Of a stretch of DNA of 64,000 bases, positions 33,174 through 45,430 are shown piece after piece. The notes beneath the pieces were generated by a model. The model searched no databases, was not told the DNA's origin, and worked only from the letters and a program-made list of their open reading frames with translations. Both the position numbers and the translations under genes were made by a program. Source of the stretch: the human T2T-CHM13v2.0 reference genome, Homo sapiens; NCBI RefSeq assembly GCF_009914755.1, contig NC_060928.1; one strand, written 5' to 3'. The first letter of the stretch is position 1; each line of letters starts with the position of its first letter.

Positions 33174-33471
<298 letters not shown>

Positions 33472-34179
33472 TAAAATTTATTTTTAAACTACAAGAAGGG
33501 AATGGCAAAGTATTACATGTTTCTTAACATGCATCTAGTCAATTAGCAAAGCAAGTCAATCGTTTAAGCTTTTCATTGTGTAAAGGGGGAGGTTTTATAC
33601 ACGGCAATTTGAATGGCTATGCCTAGAACACGTGGAAGCACAGAGAAATTTCAAAGATTATGAACAATAGAATGGCACTAAAGACACTTTTACAAATGTT
33701 GCTTTATCAAGTGGGTTTTGTTTTCTTGTTTTTCAAGAAAAACAGTCTTCCTTACTTTAAATGTTTTTTTCCCATAATTCTGTTTACTATTGATAAGAAT
33801 TTAATTTAAGCACCAATGGGCAATTATGGTTTTCTCCTCAATTGATTATCCAAAATGTTCAATGAAAAATGTTTGCCTGTGGGTCCTCTCACATTTTTGT
33901 TTATAACCTATGACTCCTGCCACTTCCATACACCCTACTAGTCTCTGCATAAAAATGAGGTTTATTGACGATTGGCCATCACTTAATACAGGTACTTGAT
34001 GAATGTGTGAAAAATAATGGATGAAAGAATAAATAAATGAGTAAAGGAATCAACCTCTATCTTAACTCAGCCACAAGTAATAAACAATCTCGGGTCCTAA
34101 TGGTCTCAGTAAAAATCTATATAAGGTCTCCTAACTTCGAATTATTTTCTTAAATTATTATTTGTCCATAGGTGTGGTC

Positions 34180-34517
34180 ATACCTTGTGGCCATGTTCCT
34201 GAGACAGGGTAATCGGAATATAAGTGGAAGTGGCATAGTCTTTTTCCAAATCTAGCTCATGAGACCATCCCACACTACCCCCATGCGCTTTGCCTTCCCT
34301 TCTCTGCAGCTTGATTATCAATGCACAAACTGGCATTGGAGCTCATGCATTAAAGATGGTGGAACATCAGTCAGCCCAGGTTCCTGAATGATAGCATGAC
34401 ACAGCGAACCCTGCTGCAATTTTGGCCTACAGAAACAAGGAATAAACAGCTGTCATGTTAAGGCACTGTTATTTCAAGGTTTATTTGTTAGAGCAGCCAT
34501 TTTTTTCTTTTAACACA
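34180..34517 (+). mobile_element. Old MaLR LTR 3' part (MLT1I/J-like)
   Basis: AATAAAC...TTAAGGCACTG...TTTGTTAGAGCAGC...TAACACA. Confidence 0.55.
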
Positions 34518-36143
34518 CGTCCTCTGCTTTCACTAAGTTCCCACTCACCAAAGGGTTTTACTCCTACTATTCTAATGATGTCCTGTGAATCCTGACCCAT
34601 GGGTTAGATCTCAGCTCAAGTGTGGCTTCTCAAAGGGAAACTTCTCTTCCTCCTTAATGAAGTCATTTCTCCTCTATATTCTCCTGGGAATCACATGACC
34701 CTACTCCTTAGCACTTGTCCAGGAAATCTTCATTGCCGCAAATGTTCTCTCCCTCAAGGTCATTGATGAGGTACAGATGCCAGTCACTTCAGGAGCTGTG
34801 GGCATCACCCAGGAGGCCAGGGCAGCAATGCAGGTGAGCACTTATGAAATGCCCCTTAGGACACCCACAGATAACTGAAGGAGATGACTGCCAATGCAAT
34901 TCAATTGGGAATATATGTGTACTCAAATATTAATACAGATAAAGTCTTATTTATGTCAGCAGGCTTCTAAAGTTTTGGAAAGTTCATGTGACCTAGGTTT
35001 GCCGAATAAAAGACTTAGCAACAATATAGTCATCTATTAAGGAGCTAGGAAAAATTTTACAAAATGTCTCAGCACTGATGTTCATTTGTGAGCCCAGGTA
35101 GCTCAGATGCACTGTGCATTAATTTTAACTGCATGTGTGTTTTATGCCATTGGATCTTCAAAAGGCTCTTATTGATTGGACATGTGGTAGAAAACAGAGG
35201 CATTGATAAAAATGGAAACATTCAGTGCCATTCAAGAAATCAAAGAAAGGAACCAATAACAAAGTTATATTTTTATTTTGTTATTTAATTTTATTTCGCT
35301 TTTTTGCCTTGAGGGTGATAGTTATTCACCTTCTACAAGAAAATTGCCTTCACTTTGATTCCAACTAGAACGCCTGGTTGCAATGGCTCATTAAGAATGT
35401 TGCAACTTCTTTCCGCCCAAGTAGACTCTCAATTCTCCTCTTTGCTGAACCCTGAGGCTACTCATGAGGGTTACATGAGTAACCCAGCAACACCCAGCTG
35501 GCTGGCTTTTACTTTTTGTCGAGTAAGCATCATTCCTGCAAGGAAGCAGTCAGCGACCAGATTTGGGCAACTCAAGTTTCCCGGCTTCTCTTTTTGTTTT
35601 TCATATTTTGTTCTCTTGATCTCTTCCTGCTCATTTCTTACAACAAAAACTTTGCTCTGGAGGCATGGACTTCTTAAAGAATTTTAGAGTATTTTAATGA
35701 TTAAAGTAGTATACAGTATTACGAATCTTCAATTAGTGAAGCAAAAGTTATCATTAGTCCACAAGCTATTTTAGCATTCTAGCTTATTATCACTTAACGA
35801 TTTCAATGTTTCCTTCCTGGGATGGCAATAATGGCATGTTTCATTTTAATAGAACACATGTTTTCTGTTCATAGTGCTGATTTAAATTTGTCCCTCCTTA
35901 ATTAAGTCATTCTATCTAATCAGCTTTGGCATATTTTCTCATAGTAAGTATTTACCCTTTTGCCTTTTTGATGGAGTGGAAATATACCTTAGTCATTCAA
36001 CTTGATAGGACACAACCTCTTTAACACAAAATGATACCACCCCAGGAAGAACCAGGGATTTTTATCATTTACTTTACACCATGCAGATGCCTCATCTTAG
36101 CAAGACTTTCTTACTTTCGAGGATATCTTCAAATTTATCTGTG

Positions 36144-36300
36144 CAAGACTGGCTTCATGGGTGTGCAACCTGTATAACACACAGAGCTCCGTGCCTAGAA
36201 TGTTCTGACACTTGGTTTGCTGTTCTGATATTGCCATCAATAAATTCTTAACAATATTTGAATAAGGAAATTATATTTTCACTTTACCCTAGGCCCTTTC
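36144..36300 (+). mobile_element. MER53-like hAT MITE
   Basis: CTGGCTTCATGGGTGTGCAACCTGT...AAATTCTTAACAAT...TTTTCACTTT resembles the recalled MER53 consensus. Confidence 0.65.
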
Positions 36301-36389
36301 TGTACTCAAATACCTATGCAAGGCAAAGATGTAGATTCAAATTTCATATAATGCTCATTGTTCAGGGAAAATAGGTGTAGTCTTGTCTC

Positions 36390-36930
36390 TTTATTCAATT
36401 TAACATTGAGGTAGAAAATACAGCACATAAAACTTAAGTGTACACTCTGATGCATTTGTACATGCACACACACACAGTTGTAACCACCAATCATTTTAAG
36501 ATACAGACATTATCAGCTGATCATCTGTCTCCCTCATCCTTCTTCCCACTCAATCTCTGCACCTTCTATGGGTAAATATTATGCTGATATATCACCAAAT
36601 TTTGAACTTAATGTAAACGGAATCGTAAACAATATAGCTTTTTGTGCTTTTTTGGCATTCTATTTGTGAGATTTATCCAAGATCTAACAGAGATGTATTT
36701 TTTTAAAGCCGTATAATATTCAATTATATGAATATATCACAATTTATCCATTCTATTGCAGTGGGTGTCTGGGTTGTTTCTAATATTTGGTTATTGTGAA
36801 TATTAACTATTGCGAACATTCTTGCACATATCTTTTGATAGATATATGCACTATTTTCTTTTGGGTATATAACTAGGAGTGGAATTGCTAGCTCAGAGTA
36901 TGTACTTATGTTTAACTTTAGTAGACATCA
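36390..36930 (-). mobile_element. L1M 3' fragment
   Basis: ATATCACAATTTATCCATTCT...GAGTGGAATTGCT reverse L1 motifs. Confidence 0.75.
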
Positions 36931-38472
36931 GTAGTGACCTTTGAATGCATATTATAACTTTTTGCCAAGCTGTATCCATGCCTTCATCATGTAAGATTTA
37001 TTTTGTCTTCAATACAGCACGTTGGATTGCTTCCAATAGCTCTTTTAAACGTCACAACCATTTGGGATAGAACTTTTCTCTATTTTTACAGATTTTTTTC
37101 AATATTGAAATTTAGAGGACTTACAACCAGACCAAGATTTCAGAGTCTGAAAGAATACATTGATTCTAGTTCTGTTACTAGTTTAGTTTCCATAAATACA
37201 GCAAATCAGCTGTATTTATTGCAAATATATATTAATCAGTAGTCACAGAAAGAAAGAGAAAGTTTCAGCAGAGCTCCAATCCAAATTCCTGGTACATATT
37301 AAATGCTTAATTAATGCTTGATTCTGTGAATATGTATTAAACTGTGACTATCCTACCGTTAGAAACAATAAGAAAAATACTCATAATAAATAATCTATGT
37401 TTTTCTGAGCATTTTAAGTTATTATTTACAGTTCTAGGAATAGCTTAACTTTGGACTCAGTTAGAACTATCATCCCAAGGGCACAAGTATGCTTGAGTTT
37501 CAGTAATAAGTCAATAAAACCTAAATATATTGCCAAAATCTTAGAATGAGAAATCACTTATTTAACAACTTCATTTGAGGGGCAACAATATTCTTGAGAC
37601 ACATTTTAAAAAGAAGTGTTAACAAGGATATATGGGCTTCTGTAGAGACCACTCTAGCCAAATACACATACGCTATACATATGAGTAATTTTCAGAAAAT
37701 TCAGGTAAGGACCTGAAATCCAAATTACTGCATGTTGCAGACACTTGTCATTCCAAGAGTAAAAATGTACAATAACATTATTCTCGCTTCTAACAATTAG
37801 TCCAGGAGGACATGTTTTCTAAACTCTCCATGGAGCCCTCCTTCAAATAATTAACACTGTTAGAAAAAAATTTTACCCCTGAGAGTTTTAACCTCTAGAG
37901 CCACTGCTAGCATTAGTGCTCCCTCTGTTTACAATTGATAATGAGAACAGAGAGACATAATTTAATTGGGAGGGTAAAGGGGAATTTGGAAAATGATCAG
38001 GGTGATATGCAAATGTTCGTTTATTTGGGGTGACCATTGAGTGCTGTGTCACTGTGTTAGACATGATGTTTAGTACTTTATAGACTTTTTGTCTTCTCCC
38101 ATTTATTCCTCACAGCACATTTATGAGACAGGCACTGTATTGTGCCCCAGAGGAAGGCAGTCTCCTGTATGCAAGTCTTTAGACCTCTTGCTTATCTGTA
38201 AAAGTAGGCCTTGGGTCTGGAACACTTCCTTACCAAGAGATAGAGTCCTCATGACCTGCGCTGGACTTACCACCTTGTGTGGAATAACTTTCCCTGTTTT
38301 GTTCTGCTGGAGCCTGTGCATCATGTGGCACCTGGTCAACCCCACTGTTATATCTATCCTCTTCCAGGAGGGGATGAGGTGCTTCTTCTGCAGCACAGAA
38401 AGGGCACCTATAGGCCAATTGTTCTGCATCAGCCTCCAGGAGGGACCTTCTGGCTTTGGGGGACTGACATGC

Positions 38473-38660
38473 AGTACTGACACTGACCTGGCGCTGTCCT
38501 TTCTCTATCTGAGGAGTAAAGTACTGACACTGATCTGGCGCTGTCCTTTCTCTGTGTGAGGAGTAAAGTACTGACACTGATCTGGCGCTGTCCTTTCTCT
38601 ATGTGAGGAGTAAAGTACTGACACTGATCTGGTGCTGTCCTTTCTCTTTGTGAGGAGTAA
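38473..38660. repeat. 47-bp x 4 tandem repeat (VNTR)
   Basis: AGTACTGACACTGATCTGGCGCTGTCCTTTCTCTATGTGAGGAGTAA starting at 38473, 38520, 38567 and 38614; 0-2 mismatches per copy. Confidence 0.97.
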
Positions 38661-38669
38661 AAAACATCG

Positions 38670-39308
38670 TTCCTTTGGGTATATACCCAGTAATGGGATG
38701 GCTGGGTCAAATGGTATTTCAAGTTCGAGATCCTTGAGGAATCGCCACACTAACTTCCACAATGGATGAACTAATTTACAGTGCTACCGACAGTGTAAAA
38801 GTGTTCCTATTTCTCCACATCCTCTCCAGCATCTGTTGTTTCCTGACTTTTTAATGATCGCCATTCTAACTAGTGTGAGATGGTATCTCATTGTGGTTTT
38901 GATTTGCATTTCTCTGATGGCCAGTGATGATGAGCATTTTTTCATGTGTCTGTTGGCTGCATAAATGTCTTGAGAACTATCTGTTCATATCCTTCCCCCA
39001 CTTTTTGATGGGGTTGTTTGATTTTTTCTTGTAAATTTGTTTAAGTTCTTTGTAGATTCTGGATATTAGCCCTTTGTCAGATCAGTAGATTGTGAAAATT
39101 TTCTCCCATTCTATAGGTTGCCTGTTCATTCTGATGGTAGTTTCTTTTGCTGTGCAGAAGCTCTTTAGTTTAATTAGATCCCATTTGTCAATTTTGGCTT
39201 TTGTTGCCATTGCTTTTGGTGTTTTAGTCATGAAGTCCTTGCTAATGCCTATGTCTTGAATGGTATTGCCTAGGTTTTCTTCTAGAGTTTTTATGGTTTT
39301 AAGTCTAA
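38670..39308 (-). mobile_element. Inverted 5' segment of a truncated L1PA (about L1PA4-6)
   Basis: Reverse complement of L1 ORF2 equivalent to window 3885-4527; ORF fragments [11 protein letters not shown] and [10 protein letters not shown]. Confidence 0.93.
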
Positions 39309-39797
39309 TATAAATCATGCTGCTATAAAGATACATGCACACATATGTTTATTGCAGCACTACTCACAATAGCAAAGACTTGGAACCAACCCAAATGTCC
39401 ATCAATGATAGACTGGATTAAGAAAATGTGGCATATATACACCATGGAATACTATGCAGCCATAAAAAAGGAGGAGTTCATGTCCTTTGCAGGGACATGG
39501 ATGAAGCTGGAAACCATCATTCTCAGCAAACTATTGCAAGAACAAAAAACCAAACACTGCATGCTCTCACTCATAGGTGGGAATTGAACAATGAGAACAC
39601 CTGGACACAGGAAGGGGAACATCACACACTGGGGCCTGTTGTGGGGTGGGGGAAGCGGGGAGGGATAGCATTAGGAGATATACCTAATGTAAATGACAAG
39701 TTAATGGGTGCAGCACACCAACACGGCACATGTATACATATGTAACAAACCTGCACATTGTGCACATGTACCCTAGAATTTAAAGTATTAAAAAAAA
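39308..39797 (+). mobile_element. Sense 3' segment of the same L1PA with a short A tail
   Basis: Resumes at TATAAATCATGCTGC. The 3' UTR has GTAAATGACAAGTTAATGGG (not Ta). Confidence 0.93.
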
Positions 39798-40419
39798 GAC
39801 ACCTGCATGCATATTTTTATCACAACACGATTCACAATTGCAAAGATAAGGAATCAACTGATGAGTGGATAAAGAAAATGTGATGTGTGTGTGTGTGTGT
39901 GTATATATATACATACATATATGTGTGTATATATATATACATACATATATGTGTGTATATATATATACATACATATATGTGTGTATATATATATATACAT
40001 ACATATATGTGTGTATATATATACATTACATACATCTACCATGGGATACTACACAGCCATAAAAAAGAATAAAATAATGTCTTTTGCAACAACTTGGATG
40101 GAACTGGAGTCTATAATCCTAAGTGAAATAACTCAGGAATGGAAAACCAATATTGCATGTTCTCACTAAGTGGGAGCTAAACTATGGGTATGAAAAGGCA
40201 TACAGAGTGGTATAATGGAAATGGGAGACTCAAAGAAGAGAGGGAGGGTGAGGGTGGTTAAGGAAAGAAAAATTATCTATTGGGTACGAGGTAGGCTACT
40301 CTGGTGATGCGTACATTAAAATTTCAGACTTCACCACAATACAATTCATGCATGTAACAAAAAACCACTTGTACCCCTAAAGCTACTGAAATAAAAAAAA
40401 TAAAAATTTTTTTTTTTAA
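39798..40419 (+). mobile_element. L1PB/L1MA-type 3' end containing a (TG)/(TA)/CATA microsatellite (39884-40024); probable transduced segment
   Basis: GACACCTGCA..., GGCATACAGAGTGGTATAATGG; AATAAA at 40390-40395. Confidence 0.8.
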
Positions 40420-40983
40420 AAAAAGCATCGTTCCATCCAGTGCCTGATTGTGTTGTGTTTTCCTTGGTGACTCCAATATTAAAATCAAATAGGCAGAAAT
40501 GCTGATTTCTACTTCTGATATAGGCAAGAGATGCCACTTCCTCCACAGTCCCTACTTTGCAAAAGAAGAAACTGAGTCAAAGAGTACTTAAGTGACTTGT
40601 CCAAGGTCACCCAGTGAATAAGAGGTTGAGATTCAATAGGCCAGACCTATTTTATTCAAAAAAATGGGCTTTAATCCACACTTTTCTCCCTATAAGCTTT
40701 TCTTATGTAACTTACCATTCCAATAAAGAAGGAATGTGGAGGATTCAGATGAGATTGCAGATGCCTATGTATCAATGAGCTTCATGAAGCTTTCTGTTTT
40801 AGCAGTATCTGTTATAGCCCAATATGCTTTAAACTGAGGCACTAGTGTGGCATAAAGCTAACTCAAATCTATTTATTGCTACAATCAAGAGGTTGACATG
40901 CTTTGAGAACATTCAAGTTAAAAGAACAGGAGGTGAAATATAATGAAAGAGAAGGATACAGAAAGAAAGGACTGAAAATATGA

Positions 40984-41397
<414 letters not shown>

Positions 41398-41586
41398 CCA
41401 TCACAGGTATTTTCTAAGTTGTAAGATCTATTTCCTCATTATCCTTCACACAATAAATAACTACCTTTATAAAATACCTAATGTGTGTGAAGTATCCTTG
41501 TACATGCTATTCATAACTATATCCCATCACCCATCATAATTTTATAAGGTAGGTAAAACTTTAAACTTCATTTTAGAAACATGATT

Positions 41587-42200
41587 TGGAGAAAAGAGAA
41601 TGCTTATGCACTATTGGTGGGAATGTGAATTAGTTCAGCCCCTGTGGAGAGCAGTTGGAGATTTCTCAAAGAACGAAGAGTTGAATTACCATTTGACCCA
41701 ACAGTCCCATTACTGGATATATACCCAAAGGAAAACAAATAATTCTATCAAAAAGACACATGCACCCCAATGTCCATCACAGCTGTCTGTAATGTTGGAC
41801 TGGATAAAGAAAATGTGGGATGTATACACCATGGAATACTATGCAGCCATACAAAAGAGCAAAATCTTGTCCTTTGCAGCAACATGGATGCAGCTGGAGG
41901 CTATTATTCTAAGTGAACTAATGCAGAAACAGAAAACCAAATATCACGTGTTCTCACCTATTAGTGGAAGCTGGACACTGGGTACACTTGGACATAAAGA
42001 TGGAAACAATAGGCACTGAGGAATACAAGAGGAGAGAGGCATGGAGCAGGACGGGAGTTGAAAAGCTACCTCTTGGGTACAATGCTCACTTCTTGGGTAA
42101 CAGGTTCAATGGTACTCCAAACCTCATCACCATGCAATATACCTTTGTAACAAACTTGCACATCTACCCCCAGAATCCAAAATAAAAGTAGAAAAAGAAG
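41587..42200 (+). mobile_element. Old L1PA/L1PB 3' fragment
   Basis: ORF2-end homology ([16 protein letters not shown]) plus 3' UTR and AATAAA. Confidence 0.85.
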
Positions 42201-45189
42201 GAAAAGATACCTGATTCTTTTTAAGCAATGTGGACAAGGCCCCAGAGCAGTGACAGTCCAGGGTCTGGTGCTCAGATCCGTCTCAGTCTAACGATTAACC
42301 ATGTTCTTTCCACTTGTTTATATGGCTTCTATCTTATTCCTCTATGCTCAATGGATCTCTATACCTCTAGTTATAAATCCCATAATGGGCAGGGTAGGTA
42401 TCCTGCTGGCTGTGTCACTCAATAGAAAACAAAGAGACAGAATCTACAAGGGCTACTAGGCCCACGCCTCACATTTGTTGGCCACAATAGGAATATATAC
42501 AGAGGCTCTTGGCCCACAGCCTGCTCTCCTCCATTGTCACCTCTAGCTCAGTCCTGCACTGTAAAGATCCTTGCATACATATCTATGCCCACCCCAGGCC
42601 ACAAGTCCAAGCTCAGTTCACATCCTCCACAAATAACGAATACTTGGCTACTCTCCTGAGCTGTAACCGTGCACACTTTTGTGCAATTCACCATTCAGAG
42701 TTGGACTCAGGAAAATGACTCATGCAGGTTCTGAAAAATTGGCTTGTGCCACCCACTTGCATAACAGATTCTGGGATCCCAAGTACCTGCAATGTGGAAT
42801 AGAAGGCTGTGTGTGGGCTCTGGACAGGCAGGTCTCACCTTGGCCCTGTGGGGAACTGCACAGCAGGAAGAGACTCAGAGTGAACCGCTCAAAGTCACAG
42901 TGCCCATGGATCTTCAAGAGGTGTGTATTGACTGGATGATTGGCAGAAAAAAGGGGCATTGCAACAAATGAGATCATTACAGGAATCAAAGAGCCCAAAT
43001 CATAGTTTTTAAAAGATTTTTCCTTGGAGTTGCTAATTATTCGTAATCTACAAGGCAACCTCAGCTTATTCTACTTTGATTCCAACTGAGAACAGCCAGG
43101 TTGCAATGCCTCATTAAGAATGTTGTGATTTCTTTTCTGACTGGGTAGACACACATCTCTAGCTTGCTGAACCTGCATGTTACCACTAGAGCTCTGCCTC
43201 TGAAAGGCAAGGAATTGCCCTGTTCTTGCCCCTGCTGGCTCTCACTCTGTGGGGAGCAGGCACTGCTTCTGCAGGGATGCAAGGCAAGTAATCACACATC
43301 CTTCTAAGAACCTTATATCAGATACTATGCCCATGATGCAACTTCCTATCTATGTCTTATGAATGTCTTAAAGAATTTTCATAAACTTGAATGATACAAG
43401 TGATATGAGGTTAGAGGGAAGTCAGAGGTGGTGGACTCACTTACATTTGCTGATTAAATACATCTCAGTTTTCTGTTTTGGTAATAAAAATTATCTAAAG
43501 TTCAACTCCCGGGAAGGGCTGCTTCTCTTTTTCCCCTTCTCCGTCCCAGAATGGCTCCAGGTACAGGAAAACACCTACTAGTGTTGTAGATGAAATGAGA
43601 ATGAAACTTGCATTATGCTCATCGCTGGGTTGGTTTCCATTGCAAGGCATGGTTGTTCTAATCCTGGAATGTGCCCCAGTCGGTACTTGATGAGGGCTAG
43701 TGGGCAGGAATCCCTTTTGGCTGCTGCCTCTACTCACTTTGAATATACTTCTATTTTGTATTTCCTCCACTCTTCCTATTTTTTTTTAAGAGTTCTCTCT
43801 CTTTAATGCATGTGCTTAGTTCAGTCCAATGAAAGGGGAAAGGATTGAATCTGATGACCTGGGTTCACTCCTAGCTTTACTATTTCCCAGCTATAGAATA
43901 TTGGGAGTCCCTGGACTTCCTTGAGACTTAGTTTGTTTCTCTGAAATATAAGGGCATAATGTTTGTCCTTTATACAGCATAGATTTAAAGATCAAAAAGC
44001 TGTAGTTTTTTTGTAGGTCAAAGGGGCTCTGTAAATCGTAAAGTGCTTGCAGAATGGTGAAGTGGAAATACGGTGGGATTAACGTTTAGATGACCCAGCC
44101 TTAAATCCAGGCTCTGCCAATGATTGGTTTTAGATTCCTAATATTTAGAATGACTAGATAACTTTGACTTTCCTTAGAGGTCTAATAATCCATGAAATTA
44201 AAATTTCAAGTATTCAAAAATAATTTAAATTCAACCTCTGAGTCAGGAAATGAAAACTGATCTCTTTAGATTTCAAGGTTTTAAATATGATAAAGTATAC
44301 ATAAGCAGAAGGAAACATTGGAAATAGATGTTTCACTTGAAATGGGCAGCTTTTTTAGAAAGGGAAACATACAGGATCCCTCCTCATTTAATTCATGTGT
44401 TCAACAAACATTTACTGAGCATCTACTAGTAAGGATGTAGAAATGTTCCCGATATAGTTGGGAGATATAAAAATTAGTATGTTTGGGAGCCTTTATATCA
44501 AGGGATTTACCATTCATTAATGGAGAGAAGCTCAAGAATAACTACAATAAGTGGGACTTTCAAAATTGCTACCAATGAGAGTTATTTTTAAAAGTTCCAC
44601 TGGGAGGTAAGAAAAGAAGGAATATATTTGCTCTGTGGCAGACTTAACTGTGAATTTCTGGAAGTTTCAACGAAAAGCTGGTTCATCAAGAATGCACGGA
44701 GGAATAAGAATATGACTGTGGAGTAAATACTGGGTCGAACCTCATTGTTCTACAATTTTCTGAGTGTAATTCCACAAATGTCCTATATTTCTTAGCAAAC
44801 ATCCATTTAATTCTTTTCTGAGAGCACGTTCTAAGTTTGGGCATGAATATGTCTGTGTTGACGTGTATATATATGACTTTGCCTGCATCTTTATATCTTT
44901 TTTCCTCTTTTACAAAAATTAATATAGAAAGTTCTGTCATGATCCCAAGGTATAACATGACAGACGCTTCAGGAGGTGTCTGGTCTAGTTGGTGAGATAA
45001 AAGCCAAGATGATAATTCTTTGGTGTATGCCAAATGCCATGCATACATGATCCCATTTATCTTTCACAACTGTGTAAGCCAGGCACTGTGACTAGACCCG
45101 TTCTCCAGATGAGGAGCCTAAGTCTTAGAAAGGCTGAATAACTTCTACTAAGAATGTAGCTTGTATGTGTTGGGTTTACGCCTCAGGAC

Positions 45190-45430
45190 TATATTTAACA
45201 AATACTTAAAACTTACCACGTGCTTTACAAATACTAACTCCTTTGTTATATCTCTCTAACTAGTCTATGAGTAGATGCAGTCTTATCTCCATTTTATAGT
45301 TGAAGAAATTAAGGAACAGAGACTCAGCAACTTGCCTGAGGTCACACGGTTAATAAGTGGTACACAGCTGGTGTTTGAAGCCAGGCGGTCTGTCTCCCAG
45401 TCCATGCTCCTAACCACTCTGAGGGCAGCT
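45190..45430 (-). mobile_element. MIR
   Basis: CCATTTTATAGTTGAAGAAATTAAGG...AACTTGCCTGAGGTCACAC. Confidence 0.7.

Larger units (their letters stand above)
38136..40546 (+). mobile_element. ERVL-class LTR (MER74/MER73-like) split by the 38674-40419 insertion
   Basis: TG start; AGTAAA signal; sequence resumes after the TSD (CATCGTTCCATCCAGTGC...) and ends CCACA. Family is from recall only. Confidence 0.5.

Noticed and set aside
35355-35687. 110-aa ORF in copy A (and 73-aa minus ORF 43061-43282 in copy B) as duplicated coding exons
   Set aside because: Indels and stops break the frame between copies; non-ATG start; no consistent splice sites.
38473-38660. 47-bp array as CRISPR-like or RT-associated ncRNA array
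   Set aside because: Units are head-to-tail with no unique spacers, there are no cas genes, and the context is a eukaryotic LTR.
38089-38762. Overlapping 85-156 aa ORFs
   Set aside because: They arise from LTR, VNTR and L1 sequence; repetitive peptides with no recognisable domain.
39780-40169. YI/VC/HT-repeat ORFs (also 20128-20470)
   Set aside because: Microsatellite translations.
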